From Sumerlaeia bacterium (GTDB taxonomy: Bacteria; Sumerlaeota; Sumerlaeia; SLMS01; JAHLLQ01), in NCBI GenBank assembly GCA_040219255.1, contig JAVJSW010000016.1:16072-80071 (forward strand): 64,000 nucleotides of DNA, given 5' to 3'. Under the pieces are notes generated by a model. It was not told the DNA's origin and did not search any database. It saw only the letters and a list, made by a program, of their open reading frames with translations. Positions 47,362-56,659 of the stretch are shown here, piece after piece. The translations under genes and the position numbers were made by a program. Each line of letters starts with the position of its first letter. Within the stretch, counting starts at the first letter, position 1.

Positions 47362-48147
47362 CTAATTCGACAACCGCTCGTAGGTCTCGATTCGATTCCG
47401 GGCCTCGCGGGTGAAGCGGTCCTCACCCTCCAGGTGCCTCCGCCAGGCGTCCTCCATGGCGATGCTCAGATCGATTTCGTAAGCCCAATGGGCCGAGAGT
47501 TTTCTGGCCGCTGTGGGGCGCGTCACGGACGCTGTTTCGCCCGGTTCCCATGCCTCCACCGTGGCCGTCCAGAGGCCCGGCTCCAGCTGAAAGCGCTCCG
47601 TCGTCTGCGGCGGCAGCAGAAGCACCAGCGGCGGCTGGTCCTCCGCCGCGAGCGTCAACCGAACCCGCATCAAGCGAAACCGGTTTGCGATCGTCATCGC
47701 CGCCAGATCGCCGGGGATCGATGGGTCCCGGCCCTTTTCGACGATCGCGGGCGCCGGCAGCCGGTCTTCCGGCTTCGTTGCCAGCACCCTCGGCATGAGC
47801 TTGGGCATGTTGGCGGGAAAGCTCTGGTCGCCGATGATTTCAAAACGCAGCCGTTCGCCGCCGCCCGTTCCCTCCCCCACCGGTTGTGGAGCAGGCCCCT
47901 CTCCGGGGCCGAGCACCTCGAACCGCACGACGCCGTCGTCGTAAGGCTGAACCGTCGTCTTCTCCGGAGCCGGCGGCGCCGAAGTCGCGGCGGGTTCGAA
48001 TCGGAAAAGCGCGTCGAGCCGCAGCGTCGGCGTCGTTTCCTGCGCTCCGGCGAGAGACCCGGCACTCAACCAGAACGCCGGGCACAGCAGGGCCAGCGGG
48101 CCGAATCGAAGACCAGGGCGGCGGGCTTTGTCGAGTTTCGTTCTCAT
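47362..48147 (-). CDS. Secreted hypothetical protein
   Basis: Signal-peptide-like N-terminus (…SLAGAQ); fills the gap between neighbouring genes. Confidence 0.55.
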   Translation of the reverse strand: MRTKLDKARRPGLRFGPLALLCPAFWLSAGSLAGAQETTPTLRLDALFRFEPAATSAPPAPEKTTVQPYDDGVVRFEVLGPGEGPAPQPVGEGTGGGERLRFEIIGDQSFPANMPKLMPRVLATKPEDRLPAPAIVEKGRDPSIPGDLAAMTIANRFRLMRVRLTLAAEDQPPLVLLLPPQTTERFQLEPGLWTATVEAWEPGETASVTRPTAARKLSAHWAYEIDLSIAMEDAWRRHLEGEDRFTREARNRIETYERLSN

Positions 48148-48239
48148 CTGGAATGCATCGTGCTCCCCTCTACTTGGCGTAGCGAATCACTCCTTCGCCG
48201 TCCTCGCAACGGCGGATTTTTGAAGGGATCATTGTCACT

Positions 48240-48674
48240 ATGCCAAACATGCAGCAATCCATCGTCATCGATCAACCCGCCTCCGTCGTGGCACGCCATT
48301 ACACCGACTGGGAAAAGTACCCTGAATTCATGCCCGCCGTCGAAAAATGCGTTCCCAGCGCCGATGGCCGGCGCGTCGAAACCCACCTGAAGGTGGCCGG
48401 GATGTCGTTCCACTGGACATCGCAGATCGAAGCCACCGGTGACACGAGTTTTGCTTGGAAGACGGTGGACGGCAACGTCTCGCATCGCGGAACCACCGTT
48501 ATCGAGCCGTTGTCCGAAGAGCGGAGCCGCATGACCATGACGGTCGAGTACGACACACCGGCGGGAAGCCTCCTGAGCAAATTCGCCAACTGGCTCAACC
48601 TGGCGGACTCGGGGCTCAAGCACTCGCTGGAAAACTTTAAGGCCTACGTCGAGAACCAACCGGCGCGGGTCTGA
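48240..48674 (+). CDS. SRPBCC/START (polyketide cyclase-like) protein
   Basis: DWEKYPEFMPAVE…FAWKTVDG…RMTMTVEY…LENFKAYVE. Confidence 0.85.
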   Translation: MPNMQQSIVIDQPASVVARHYTDWEKYPEFMPAVEKCVPSADGRRVETHLKVAGMSFHWTSQIEATGDTSFAWKTVDGNVSHRGTTVIEPLSEERSRMTMTVEYDTPAGSLLSKFANWLNLADSGLKHSLENFKAYVENQPARV

Positions 48675-48711
48675 AAGAACCCCAACCCTATCTCGCTTCC
48701 ATCGGTTGGGT

Positions 48712-48757
48712 GGGCCGCTTTCCGGAGTTGGGACCGGAGAGCGGCCCGTTTCTATTT
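48712..48757 (+). terminator. Probable intrinsic terminator
   Basis: GGGCCGCTTTCCGG-loop-CCGGAGAGCGGCCC followed by GTTTCTATTT. Confidence 0.6.
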
Positions 48758-48865
48758 AATCGCAAAATCTTCGCTTGCATTCCTCCCGCCCCCTGTCCTA
48801 ACCTTCGCTCGTTGTTCGCCAATTGACGCCAAACACTTGGGCTCACGAGCCTTTGGAGGAACGCC

Positions 48866-49360
48866 ATGTCCCCAGTTGTCGCCCCCGAAATCCGGGCCAT
48901 TCCCGAACGTGTTGTACTCACCGTGACCCGCCGCGGCATGATCGACGGCACCTTCATGGTTGCCGCCAACCAAGCCTTCACCGCGCTGATGCAGCACCTC
49001 GGCCGTCACGGCCTGATGGACGCCATCACCGGCTGCCTCGCCATCTGCGCCGACGACCCCAGCCGAGTCGCCCCGCAGGACTGCCGCTATATCGCCGGTC
49101 CCATCCTCTCGCGCGGGATGGAGGATGCCGTTGAGGGAGAATTCGAACGCACCGTGGTCCCCGCCGGCCGATGGGCGGTCTTCACCCACCGCGGTTCCTA
49201 CCAGGGCCTTGGCCCAGCCTGGCACCAGATCTACTCGCAATGGCTGCCCGCCAGCGGCGAGCGACACGCCGGCACCGCCCCCGTTGAGGTCTACCTCAAC
49301 GCCCCCGATCAAGTTCCGGAGGACCAGCTGCTCACCGAAATCCAGATCCCCCTCCTCTAG
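48866..49360 (+). CDS. Stand-alone GyrI-like small-molecule-binding protein
   Basis: GGAGG SD; DDP…CRY, PAGRWAVFTHRGSY…WHQIYSQWLPASG…EVYLN…LLTEIQIPL. Confidence 0.88.
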   Translation: MSPVVAPEIRAIPERVVLTVTRRGMIDGTFMVAANQAFTALMQHLGRHGLMDAITGCLAICADDPSRVAPQDCRYIAGPILSRGMEDAVEGEFERTVVPAGRWAVFTHRGSYQGLGPAWHQIYSQWLPASGERHAGTAPVEVYLNAPDQVPEDQLLTEIQIPLL

Positions 49361-49423
49361 CCGATCCACCCGGCGATTCATTCCGGCTTGTCCTGGCGCC
49401 CCCCGTTCCCGGTCAATGGCGCC

Positions 49424-50194
49424 ATGACGAACGCTATGCCTTCGCCCAGCTCAAATCCTCAACCCGCCTCCGGTTCCGGCCAACCGCTGCTGGAACTTCG
49501 TGGCGTCGTGTCCGGCTACGGACCCTTTGAAATCCTCAAGGAACTGACCTTCACCGTCCGCGAAGGCGAAATCCTCACGCTGATCGGCGCCAACGGCGCG
49601 GGCAAGTCCACCACCCTGAACACCATTTGCGGCATCGTTCCGGTGCGCCGGGGGGAAATCCGGTTTCGCGGCGAGCGCATCGACCGCCTCGCGCCGCAAA
49701 GCATCGTTGGCCGAGGCATCAGCCAATCGCCGGAAGGCCGCCGTCTCTTCAGCGAACTCACCGTGGAGGAGAATCTCGATCTCGGCGCTTATTTGCGCAA
49801 GGACCGCGACGGGATCCGCCGCGACCGCGCCCATGTGTACGAGCTGTTCCCCCGCCTGGGCGAACGCAAGACCCAGCGCGCCGGTTCGCTCTCCGGCGGC
49901 GAGCAGCAGATGTGCGCCATCGGCCGCGCGCTCATGGCGCGTCCGAAACTTCTCCTGATGGACGAACCTTCGCTGGGCCTCGCCCCCATTATTGTGAAGC
50001 AGATTTTCGACATCGTTCGCGAAATCAACCGCGACGGCACCTCGATCCTCCTCGTCGAACAGAACGCCCACCTGGCCCTCGGCTGCGCCCACCACGGCCA
50101 CGTCCTCTCCCTGGGGGAAATCGCTCTGTCCGGCACGGGCCGGGAACTGCTCGGCAACCCGGATGTGAAGCGCATGTACCTGGGAGAGATCTAA
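49424..50194 (+). CDS. livF: LivF-like branched-chain amino acid ABC ATPase (no partners adjacent)
   Basis: GANGAGKST, PEGRRLF, LSGGEQQM, LLMDEPSLGLAP, LVEQNA; exact start uncertain. Confidence 0.88.
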   Translation: MTNAMPSPSSNPQPASGSGQPLLELRGVVSGYGPFEILKELTFTVREGEILTLIGANGAGKSTTLNTICGIVPVRRGEIRFRGERIDRLAPQSIVGRGISQSPEGRRLFSELTVEENLDLGAYLRKDRDGIRRDRAHVYELFPRLGERKTQRAGSLSGGEQQMCAIGRALMARPKLLLMDEPSLGLAPIIVKQIFDIVREINRDGTSILLVEQNAHLALGCAHHGHVLSLGEIALSGTGRELLGNPDVKRMYLGEI

Positions 50195-50224
50195 AAAAAC
50201 AAAAAGCCCCCGGACCGGGAGCTC
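50193..50224 (-). terminator. Rho-independent terminator of the small minus-strand gene
   Basis: Minus strand GAGCTCCCG-GTC-CGGGGGCTT followed by TTTGTTTTTTT. Confidence 0.75.
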
Positions 50225-50261
50225 TCTGCGGAAGTACTCATGATTTGCCGCCGGACGGCGA

Positions 50262-50438
50262 TCAGAGGTCGTAGCCTTCGACGTCGGCCATGTAATCGAG
50301 CCAGGCCTGCGGAGCGACATCGGGCTCGGTGTTCACTTCCGCCATGCGAAAATCGGCCGGCATGGGGTGCAGATGATCGTGCAGCTTGCTGTAGTCGATC
50401 GTGGGATACGGCGAGCGGAAGGAATCTGAGTGACTCAT
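50262..50438 (-). CDS. Small 58-aa hypothetical protein
   Basis: AGGAG SD 7 nt before ATG; GC3-rich codons; own terminator. Confidence 0.7.
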   Translation of the reverse strand: MSHSDSFRSPYPTIDYSKLHDHLHPMPADFRMAEVNTEPDVAPQAWLDYMADVEGYDL

Positions 50439-50670
50439 GAGGGGGCTCCTGAAGGGGAAGGGTAGGTGAGGAACGAATAACAACGGCAAGAACAAAATGA
50501 ATTTTCAAGGCAGCGAAAACTTAGCGGGTGGATTATGACCCGTAAAGGAGAAAAAACCTTTGGAGCGAAAAAACCGGGGGAAATGAGGAGGTCCGCCATC
50601 TTCGATGTCGTGGCCTTCATTTCCTGCAACTATTTTTATCGCTTATTTCTGAACTCCTGAAGTCATCGGC

Positions 50671-50931
50671 CTAATTCACACGCCCCCACCGCAAGCAGAC
50701 CCGCTGCAGCACCAGCGCCACCAGCCACACGCCCAGGCTCCACACCCCCCAACCCATAAGAGGCCGCAGAATCGACTTCGGGTTCCCCCACCAGGCGAAG
50801 GAGCCGAGTACAAAGAAAATGACCGCCACAAAAAACGCCCATCGCGAGAGCGCCAGAAACACCCCCGCCATCGTCTGATGCGAAGCCCGTGGGGCTGTGG
50901 GCTCAGCGGTGGCTTTCTTCGATGGAGGCAC
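50671..50931 (-). CDS. Small 2-TM membrane protein
   Basis: Two hydrophobic helices; overlaps the 3' end of alr; start uncertain. Confidence 0.5.
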   Translation of the reverse strand: MPPSKKATAEPTAPRASHQTMAGVFLALSRWAFFVAVIFFVLGSFAWWGNPKSILRPLMGWGVWSLGVWLVALVLQRVCLRWGRVN

Positions 50932-52144
50932 CGGTCCACTCCCGCGGAATGCGCCGCCCCACCTGGCAGGTGATTTCGTAGGGGATGGTCCCCACGATCC
51001 CCGCCACCTCCTCCGTGCTGACGAACTCGGGCCCTTGCGCTCCGTAGAGGACCACTTCGTCGCCCACCGCCACGTCGGGAAAGGGAGTCAAGTCGATCAG
51101 GGTCTGATCCATGCAGACGCGCCCCACGATGGGGACGCGCCGCCCGCCGATCAGAACCCGGCCGCCATCGCCCTGGCCCGTGGCCCCGTAGGCTCTCGGC
51201 AATCCGTCGCCATAGCCCACCGGCAGCAGGCCGATGCGCCCGTCGCGCGGCATGCGGTACTTGCGGCCATAGCTGATCGAGTCCCTTTCCGCGTGGGAGT
51301 GGATACTGACCACCTGGGTCCTCAGCGTCATGGGCTGGCGTAGTTCGATCCCCGGCACGCGATGGACCGGGTCGGGCTGGGCGCCATAGAGCATGATCCC
51401 CGGGCGAACGGCGTCGAAGGTGGCCGCGGGATGGCGGATGATGGCGCCACTGTTCGCCGCGTGCACAATGGGCCTCGGCCCGCGGTCGCGCACCAGAGCG
51501 GCGACCGCGGCGAAGTCCTGGATTTGCTTGCCGGTGTACTCGACATCGTCGGGCACGCCGCTGTCGCTGACGGAAAAGTGGGTCATGAGTCCCGCGAAAG
51601 CGCCCGCCTCCCGGGCCATGGCGTCAAGCGCCCCATCCCACTCCGCCGGGCCGAAGCCAAAGCGCCCCATCCCGGTGTCCAGGTGCAGGTGCATCTTGGG
51701 CGCCGCGTTGCGGCGACGGCCTTCCGCCAGGTGGGCCTCCATCAGCGGCCGATTGCCGATCGCCACAGCGATTCCGGCGCACTGGAGTTCCGCTGCGTCT
51801 GCGGGCATTGTCGGCCCGACGATCAGGATTTCCGCCTCTCCGATGCCCGGGCTCTCGCGCAGACAAAGCGCTTCGTCAGGCGTCGCCACGGCAAGGGCGT
51901 CCGCGCCCCAGGCGAGTGCTTCCCGCGCCACGGCCAGCATGCCGTGGCCATAGGCGTCGGCCTTTACGACGGCGAAGACGCGGGCGGCGGGGCCGGAGAG
52001 TTCACGCACCGTGCTGAGGTTGTGTCGGATGGCGGACAAATCGATCGTGGCGCGGGTGGGGCGCAGCGGCGGTTTTCCCAGCCGTCGGCCATCGCTGTCC
52101 ATGGGAGGAGCACTGGGGCGGCGGGGGGTCGGATCGGCGGGCAT
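50903..52144 (-). CDS. alr: Alanine racemase
   Basis: AVVKADAYGHG, DTGMGRFG, HAANSG, VRPGIMLYG, ISYG, PVGYGDG, GRVCMDQ, GTIPYEI. Confidence 0.97.
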   Translation of the reverse strand: MPADPTPRRPSAPPMDSDGRRLGKPPLRPTRATIDLSAIRHNLSTVRELSGPAARVFAVVKADAYGHGMLAVAREALAWGADALAVATPDEALCLRESPGIGEAEILIVGPTMPADAAELQCAGIAVAIGNRPLMEAHLAEGRRRNAAPKMHLHLDTGMGRFGFGPAEWDGALDAMAREAGAFAGLMTHFSVSDSGVPDDVEYTGKQIQDFAAVAALVRDRGPRPIVHAANSGAIIRHPAATFDAVRPGIMLYGAQPDPVHRVPGIELRQPMTLRTQVVSIHSHAERDSISYGRKYRMPRDGRIGLLPVGYGDGLPRAYGATGQGDGGRVLIGGRRVPIVGRVCMDQTLIDLTPFPDVAVGDEVVLYGAQGPEFVSTEEVAGIVGTIPYEITCQVGRRIPREWTGASIEESHR

Positions 52145-52176
52145 AGTGGGAACGTCGCTGGGTTTCTGGGTTCGTC

Positions 52177-52818
52177 CTAATCGATGCGGCGGAATTCGAC
52201 GTCGATGGCGTCTTGCGATTCGGCGGCCGATTCCGGTTCGGGCGTTTGCTGCGGCCCGGGCGCCTCGGTCGATTCGCTCGCGTAGGAGCCGGGGGGAGCT
52301 TCAAAAGCGCCATTGCCCGGTTGCGCCCCAAAGGTCGCCCGTCCGCCATCCATGCGGAACGTACCCGGCGACGGCGCGTCGACAAAGAAAAACTGAGCCT
52401 TGGAGCGCAGCAGCTTCAGCGCCAAATGCACATAGAAGCGCCGGCAGGCGGGGACCAAGGTGGTGAATCCGATCAGGTCCGTGATCAAACCGGGCGTCAG
52501 CAGAAAGGCGCCGCCGATCACGACGAAGACGCCATCCACCAGAGTCCGCGCCGGAAAGCCTCCGCGCATCACCTCGCGCTTGAGTTTGGCGATCACCACC
52601 AGCCCCTCGCGCTTCCACATATAGGCGCCGACGACGCCCGAAACGATGATGATGGCGAAGGTGGTCCAAAGGTTTGTCAGCTTGGTGAGTTGCACCAGGA
52701 TGAACAGTTCGAGGGTGGTCATGACGACGATCAGCAGAAAAAGACTGCTGAAAACCCCGAACGGCCAGCGGAGGCGCCGCCGGACTTCCGGTTGCTCTTT
52801 GGCGGTGGAGGAATTCAT
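52177..52818 (-). CDS. fxsA: FxsA family membrane protein
   Basis: LELFILV…KREG…GGAFLLTPGLITDLIG…DVEFRRID; start at ATG 52818 (ATGA overlap). Confidence 0.85.
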   Translation of the reverse strand: MNSSTAKEQPEVRRRLRWPFGVFSSLFLLIVVMTTLELFILVQLTKLTNLWTTFAIIIVSGVVGAYMWKREGLVVIAKLKREVMRGGFPARTLVDGVFVVIGGAFLLTPGLITDLIGFTTLVPACRRFYVHLALKLLRSKAQFFFVDAPSPGTFRMDGGRATFGAQPGNGAFEAPPGSYASESTEAPGPQQTPEPESAAESQDAIDVEFRRID

Positions 52819-53360
52819 CGGCTCAAGGAACTCCAATCCAGCGGAACGTCTTCGAAAGTCAAGGTGTCGCGTTCGCTATCCCAGGTCATCACAACGATTT
52901 GCGGGGAGTCTCGAAAGCGGGGCTTGCCGGCGGGGCCGGGGTTCACCAGCCAAACGCCGTCCACTTCCTCGCGCAAGGGTTTATGTGTGTGGCCGAAAAC
53001 GATCAGCCGGGGAGCCTGTGTTCGAAAATGACGCGCCAACCGCGCCGCGCCGCCCCCCAGCGGCTCAATCAGGTGACTATGGGTCAAAACGCACCGGCCG
53101 AAAGGAAAATCCAGAACCCGAAGCGGCGGCAGACTCGGCGCGGGCTGATCGCAATTGCCCAGCACCCCATGGGTCGGGGCGATGGTTTCCAGGTCTGAAA
53201 GGATGAAATCGCTGCACACATCGCCCGCGTGCAGGATCGCCTCGATGCCCTTGAATGCTTCGAAGACCGCCGGATGCAGGCTGCCATGAGTATCGGAAAT
53301 CAAGCCGTAGCGATGCAGTGTCAAGGGGGGAGGAGAACCTTCGGAGCGGGGTTGGAGCAT
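52815..53360 (-). CDS. YfcE/MJ0936-type metallophosphoesterase
   Basis: ISDTHG, HAGD, GNCD, THSH, FGHTH, VNPG. Confidence 0.9.
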   Translation of the reverse strand: MLQPRSEGSPPPLTLHRYGLISDTHGSLHPAVFEAFKGIEAILHAGDVCSDFILSDLETIAPTHGVLGNCDQPAPSLPPLRVLDFPFGRCVLTHSHLIEPLGGGAARLARHFRTQAPRLIVFGHTHKPLREEVDGVWLVNPGPAGKPRFRDSPQIVVMTWDSERDTLTFEDVPLDWSSLSR

Positions 53361-53488
53361 GGGAACAGCCCAAGTGTGCCAATCTCATGCCACCGGTCGG
53401 TCCAGATTGGTTCATGTCTCCCGGGCGAGGGAAAACGAAATCTCGCGCCGGGCAACCTGAAGGCGGGCTCGCGAAGATGCCGCCGGGC

Positions 53489-56400
53489 TCAGGAGGCGAC
53501 CGCCTCGCGTTTCTCCGCGCCCTCGCCCGGCGTGATCATGAACTCGCCAGTTTTCTTGAAGAAGGCGATAATGTCCTCGCGAATGACATAGAGCGCGGGA
53601 ACGAGGATCAAGATGATCGCCGTGGCGAAGAGCAAGCCGTAGCCCAAGGAAATCGCCATGGGCACCATGAAGCGGGCTTGCAGCGAGGTCTCGAAAATCA
53701 TCGGCGCCAACCCCCCGAAGGTCGTCAGCGTCGTCAGCAGGATGGGGCGGAACCGCCTCACCCCCGCCGCGTAGATCGCGTCGAAGGCGCTCTCGCCTTG
53801 ATCGCGCAGCTGGTTCGCGTACACCACCATGACCAGGGCATCGTTGATCACCACGCCCGAGAGTGCGATGATGCCCATCATGCTGATGACGCTGAGGCTG
53901 TAGTCCATGATATAATGGCCAAGGATGGCGCCGACGGTGCCGAAGGGAATGGCGATCACGACGAGAAGCGGCTGGGTGTAGCTCTTGAACGGAATGGCCA
54001 GGAGCGCGTAGATCGCCAGCAACGCCAGCAGAAAGGTGTTTCCCAGGGCCGCCATGGATTCGGCGCGGTCTTGCTGGCGGCCGCCAAAGGACCAGACCAG
54101 TCCCGGGATGTCTTGCGTGAGCTGGGGCAGGATGTCGTTCACCAGTGCTTCCTGCACGAGGTTCGTTTCGTCCTCGGGGAAAATGTTGGCGGTGACCTCG
54201 ACGGTTCGGCGGGCGTCGTTGCGTTCGATGGCGGTGTAGGCCCGGCCGCGCTCCACATCGGCGATGAGGCGCAGGGGGACATCGGAGCCGGAGGGGGTGC
54301 GAATCATCAGTTGCTCGATGTCGAATTCGCGGGAACGCTGCTCCTCGGGCAGCATCACCCGGACGATGACTTCGTCGCGGCCGCGGAGTTGACGCATGGC
54401 CTGGGCGCCTTCGAAGGCGTTACGGATTTGCCGGCCTACTTCCTCGGCGGTCAGACCGAGGCTGCGGCCTTCGGGGCGGAGCTGGAAGTTGTACTGAGGC
54501 TTGCCCTGGGCGGTGCCATCGTCGATGTCGCGGACCTGGGGGAACTCGGTCAGGATTTCCGCGAGCCGAACGCCGGCCATCTTCAAGGTCGGAATGTCCG
54601 GATGGTTCAGATCCACGGTCAGGGAGGCTCCCCCGCCGGGGCCGCCGCGGTCGGACTCGAAGAGCAGCGTATCCACGCCGGGCAGTTCGCCGAGTTCTTC
54701 ACGCCAGAGCCGGGCGACTTCGCGGGTCGGGATCGGGCGTTCCTCAGGCGAGGTCAGGTAGAGTTCGGACTCGACCGTTTCGCCTTCTATGCTGGTGTAG
54801 ACGCCGGTGGAGAGGTTCTCGCCGCCATGCTTCTCGACGACGCGGGCGGCGGCGGCTTCCAGAATGCCGCGGATTTCTTCCGTGCGTTCCAGAGAACTGC
54901 CGACCGGCAAGGTCGCCGTGACGACCGCGCTGTCGGCCTCGACGCGCGGCAAGAACGTCAGGCCCATGCGCCCCGACATGGCATAGGCCACGGAAATCAT
55001 GAGGATCGCCAGGCTGGTGGCGACCACCAGGTAACGTCCGTGGATGCAGGCCCTCAAGACGGGAGCGAAGAGGTTGTCGATGGCCTTCTGCAAACCGACG
55101 GCGAAGACATGCTGAACCGCGCGAATTCCCAGAAGAATCTTGTTCTTCGGCTTCGGCGCCAAATGCGACAGGTGATTCGGCAGGACGAACAAACTTTCGA
55201 TCAGGGACAGAATGAAAACCGTGTTCACCACGACAGGGATCACGAACCAGATCTTGCCGACATTCCCCGGCACCAAGGCCAGCGGCAGAAACGCCACGCA
55301 GTTCGTGATGATACTGAAGGTCACGGGCATCGCCACGTCCTTGGCGCCGCGGACGGCAGCCTCGAGTTGTCCCAGGCCCTGACTTCGGTACTCGTGGACG
55401 TTTTCGCCCACCACGATCGCGTCATCCACCACGATTCCCAACGCGATGATGAACGCGAACATGGAAATCATGTTGATGGAAACGCCCAATTGATTGAGAA
55501 CCAGGAACGATCCAAGGAAGGAAATGGGAATGCCCAGGGTGACCCAGAAGGCCAGGCGCGGTTCCAGGAAGAGCCCGAGGAAGGTCAGGACCAGGATAAG
55601 GCCGATGCCCATGTTACGCAGCAGCAGGTCGCGCCGCTGTTTGAAGACCTCGGAGTCGTCATCGTTGATGGCGATGCCGATGCCGACGGGCAGATCCTGC
55701 TGGATTTCATCGAGCGCGGCCCGCACCGCGCGAGACACGCCGATGGGCGTTTCGTCGCCGATGCGGAAGACTTCGATGCCGATGGCTGGCTTGCCATTGA
55801 AGGTGGCGAACTCATCGACGTCTTCGAAGCCTTCGCGCACGACGCCGATGTCGCGCAGGAGGATTTTCGAACCCTCCGGCGTCGTAATGATGGGAACCTC
55901 GCCGAATTCGGAGGCGAAGTCGCGGCGCTCGTCGAAGCGGACCAGCAACTCGCCGCCTTCCGTCTTCACGGAGCCGCCGGGCACTTCGACGGAATTCTCC
56001 GCGACCCGGTTCGCCACCTCCTGAATGGTGAGGCCGTAGGTGCGAAGCTTCTCGCGGCTGACCTCGATGTGGACTTCATAGTCGCGCGCGCCCTGCAGTT
56101 CGACCTGCGTGACGCCGTCGGCCAGGACCAGTTGATCCCGGATGTCGCCCGCGATGTTTCGCAGCGACCAATAGGGCACATCGCCGTAGACCTGGATGTC
56201 CATCACGTCGCGGCGGCGGGTCGCGATGGTGATTTCCGGCTCTTCCGCTTCCTCGGGAAAGGTGCGGATGCGGTCGATGGCTTGCTGAATGTCCTGGTAA
56301 ACTTTCTGCGGATCGGCGGACGGTTCGTAGTCGATGTTCACGCGGGCCGAGCCCTCGCCGGAGCGCGACCACAACTCGATCACGTTCTCCAGGCCACGCA

Positions 56401-56659
56401 CCGCTTCCTCGATGGGCATAACGACGCCGCGCTCGATTTCCTCCGGGCTCGCGCCGGGATAGGAAACGGTCACCGTCACCGCATCGCGGGTGAACTCGGG
56501 AAAGACTTCCTGCTTCATGCTGGACGCGGCGAAGATTCCGCCCACGATCAGAAAAATCATCAGCAGGTTCGACGTAACGTGGTTCTGGGCCATCCAGGCG
56601 ATGGGGCCCAGGTGTTCGCCGGTGTGCTCCTTGAGCCGGAGTCGCTTGGGTTTGCTCAT
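53489..56659 (-). CDS. RND efflux permease (AcrB/D/F family)
   Basis: PGASPEEIE, GIVVDDAIVVGEN, GVVINDALV, RFRPILLTTLTT. Confidence 0.95.
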   Translation of the reverse strand: MSKPKRLRLKEHTGEHLGPIAWMAQNHVTSNLLMIFLIVGGIFAASSMKQEVFPEFTRDAVTVTVSYPGASPEEIERGVVMPIEEAVRGLENVIELWSRSGEGSARVNIDYEPSADPQKVYQDIQQAIDRIRTFPEEAEEPEITIATRRRDVMDIQVYGDVPYWSLRNIAGDIRDQLVLADGVTQVELQGARDYEVHIEVSREKLRTYGLTIQEVANRVAENSVEVPGGSVKTEGGELLVRFDERRDFASEFGEVPIITTPEGSKILLRDIGVVREGFEDVDEFATFNGKPAIGIEVFRIGDETPIGVSRAVRAALDEIQQDLPVGIGIAINDDDSEVFKQRRDLLLRNMGIGLILVLTFLGLFLEPRLAFWVTLGIPISFLGSFLVLNQLGVSINMISMFAFIIALGIVVDDAIVVGENVHEYRSQGLGQLEAAVRGAKDVAMPVTFSIITNCVAFLPLALVPGNVGKIWFVIPVVVNTVFILSLIESLFVLPNHLSHLAPKPKNKILLGIRAVQHVFAVGLQKAIDNLFAPVLRACIHGRYLVVATSLAILMISVAYAMSGRMGLTFLPRVEADSAVVTATLPVGSSLERTEEIRGILEAAAARVVEKHGGENLSTGVYTSIEGETVESELYLTSPEERPIPTREVARLWREELGELPGVDTLLFESDRGGPGGGASLTVDLNHPDIPTLKMAGVRLAEILTEFPQVRDIDDGTAQGKPQYNFQLRPEGRSLGLTAEEVGRQIRNAFEGAQAMRQLRGRDEVIVRVMLPEEQRSREFDIEQLMIRTPSGSDVPLRLIADVERGRAYTAIERNDARRTVEVTANIFPEDETNLVQEALVNDILPQLTQDIPGLVWSFGGRQQDRAESMAALGNTFLLALLAIYALLAIPFKSYTQPLLVVIAIPFGTVGAILGHYIMDYSLSVISMMGIIALSGVVINDALVMVVYANQLRDQGESAFDAIYAAGVRRFRPILLTTLTTFGGLAPMIFETSLQARFMVPMAISLGYGLLFATAIILILVPALYVIREDIIAFFKKTGEFMITPGEGAEKREAVAS

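Noticed and set aside
49424-50194. Orphan livF as a novel system with the GyrI-like and SRPBCC genes
   Set aside because: Scattered liv genes are common, a terminator separates SRPBCC from GyrI, and nothing supports a functional link
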